A stretch of DNA of 64,000 nucleotides from Raillietiella orientalis. Its lineage: Eukaryota. The notes below the pieces were generated by a model. It did no database searches and had not been told where the DNA came from. It was given only the letters and a program-made list of their open reading frames with translations. Location of the stretch: NCBI GenBank assembly GCA_036172245.1, contig JAYWIR010000047.1, positions 620,001-684,000 of the forward strand, in the 5' to 3' direction. Position numbers and translations under genes: made by a program. This document shows positions 62,101 to 64,000 of the stretch, in pieces (the first letter of the stretch is position 1; the number at the start of each line of letters is the position of its first letter).

Positions 62101-63946
62101 TTGAACAGGAAACATTCATTCTGTCACCATTATGACACAAGGAATACAAGTAGTTCCAAGTTACATAACATGTAGAACTTCTGTTTTAACATATCTTGTA
62201 TTTATCTCAATATAAACTATTTTGTGATCATACTACATGATTTCCGATCTGTTAAAGATTTTCAAGGTAGCTGAGAGTTTCTGATGTTTTGAGCTGTCTT
62301 GAGTAATCAGATATAAATGAGTTCGTGTTAGTTTTTTTTGCAGTACATATATGTGTCCATTCTATATTCACCCACAATTTCCAGAGTAGCATGAGATTTT
62401 AAAGCAGACGAATTTCATTTCTGATCATATAGATTGGAATTTTGTAGCAATGGTTGTTGAAGCCACCAAAAAATCTGGGCATTTTAAGTAGCCATCAATG
62501 GAAGTACTTATTTTCTAGGTTGACCATTGATTGTGTAAAAACTTTAAAAAAATTCCTGAATTCGTGTGTCTATTTGTAGTCTTTTAAGGCAAAAAAGAAT
62601 GCATTACTTATGCAGGAAATTTCTTTATGCACTTTTCTAAGAAAATTTTCCGCTTGGGACTATTGATCTTTCTGTATGTAGCATAGCAGGAAACAATATA
62701 ATGGTGAATCATTGTTTTTCTATTCTAATAAAATAGTGTAAATGTGGTGTTCATGATTTAAAACTTGCCTTTGATCTTTGTACAGTCTCAGATTTTTGTT
62801 AAAGGGAGAGCAACATTCACAATAACCTCTTGCAATGCATAATGCTAATTGACAAAAATTAAGACTTCATGCAAACTGAAAGCTACTGATAATTAAACAT
62901 ATGACTAATATACTTAATTTTCAGTGGCCTCCAATCATATAACATCATCTGTATTGTGTAAAATTATAAAAGGCTTTGTCTCTATTGATGAACAGGTAAG
63001 AAATTAATAGAATTTCTGTATTTAATGTGTTTATCAGTTAATATGTAGAAATATTTAACAAATGAATTCCAATAAGTGGACACAGTAAACACAGTTGTTT
63101 CCTAAAAAGCAAAAGTAGTTCTGACAGGTAAACATACGGAATTTATAAATTGGAAAATCATTTCAGTTCATCTAACAGACACAGTGTTTTACAAGAAACA
63201 CATAACTTCAGAACACACTCTATCATGTGAATTAAATTTTCCATTGGTTGTCTTTTGACAGATTAGCACTTAACGCAGATCTGTTCTTAGTGTGGATTTG
63301 TGTCTTCAAAAAATTTGTCACTCTTGTTTCCTCTCAAAATTTTGTTCTTGGAGAAATTCTAAAAAACTTTGTCCTTCAAATGTGACAGTGAAAATTATTT
63401 TGTTTTGGTTTTCGAGCTGAGTAAAATTTGATTCTGTTGTTGTAGGCACACACCTTCAAATAAGGAATGCGTTTTTGTTACAAGTCAAGATTACAAGTTT
63501 TAGATCTATTCTGTGAATTCTGGAATAATTGCTTTTTAGAGATTTGAAACCTATGAATTTACTGATGGTAAATGAAGGTCATACTATCAAAATCACTGAT
63601 TTTGGATGTGCTTGTGCTGCTCCAGGAGACCTATCTATGGCAGGAAGTGCAGCATGGAGAGCTCCAGAAATATTCCAAGGTAATTTCCGCCATCAGAATC
63701 GCAAATTAAACTAAAACAACAACTTTCACTTCGCTATTTAATTAGTTTTTTTCTTTTTTAAGGGTTTCAATACACAGAAAAATGTGATGTTTTCAGCTGG
63801 TCAATTATTTTATGGGAAATTCTAACTCGTCAGCAACCCTTTGCCCATCTGAGTACAGGTTACAGTGTCCTTTGGGCCATAAGTAGCGGAGAGCGGCCAC
63901 CTCTTATTTATGATTGCCCTCCTCCTCTTGAGCAGCTTATGGTGAG
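59183..63946 (+). CDS. MAP3K7: TAK1/MAP3K7-like kinase, first five exons (gene continues beyond the window)
   Basis: Exons 59183-59227 (MKKEDVCSNDIEISE), 59416-59659 (VIGKGSFGVVYKG, VAIK, MEYADGGTLHN), 61539-61656 (QIAQGVTYLHTMKPEPLIHR), 63540-63679 (DLKPMNLL, DFG, GSAAWRAPE), 63763-63946 (YTEKCDVFSWSIILWEILTR, GERPPLI). GSAAW, CDVFSW and RPPLI are TAK1-typical. It may be a paralogue rather than the orthologue. Confidence 0.85.
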
Positions 63947-64000
63947 GTAAAAAAAAAAATTTGCTATTCATCTTCTCAACTACCACAGTTTTAAGAAAAA

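Noticed and set aside
1..64000. Prokaryotic systems (CRISPR arrays, defence operons), rRNA/tRNA genes, non-canonical splice sites or an alternative genetic code
   Set aside because: The DNA is intron-containing animal sequence. All reconstructed introns are GT-AG, conserved genes translate with the standard code, and no repeat-spacer array or RNA gene was recognised.

Overview
Eukaryotic DNA from an invertebrate animal; I cannot name the species from the sequence. The window has two compositional regimes. AT-rich, CpG-poor blocks hold compact conserved genes, mostly with 35-55 nt GT-AG introns: valyl-tRNA synthetase, an IVNS1ABP-like BTB-Kelch gene, C1orf53/DUF5522, GPN1, CHCHD2/10, inorganic pyrophosphatase, GPATCH1, and a TAK1-like kinase (longer introns) running off the right edge. 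A GC- and CpG-rich block (~16.7-33.5 kb) holds a long-intron gene for a stand-alone CASD1-type SGNH O-acetyltransferase/esterase domain. Also present are the first exon of a nucleoredoxin, an 84-bp-arm inverted repeat and decayed transposon remnants. The most notable observations are: (1) a frameshifting poison cassette exon in the IVNS1ABP-like gene; (2) an orphan ~560 bp block with the 3' ends of glycogen phosphorylase and RICTOR tail-to-tail, sharing a TCATGA double stop; (3) the CASD1 catalytic domain without its multi-pass membrane domain; (4) an eEF1B-type GST-like domain on ValRS; (5) a possible intron-retention switch for mitochondrial versus cytosolic pyrophosphatase; (6) operon-like spacing before GPN1; (7) a candidate orphan gene ending in a CaaX box. 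Gene models were built by hand from splice signals, frame continuity and remembered protein motifs. No searches were run.
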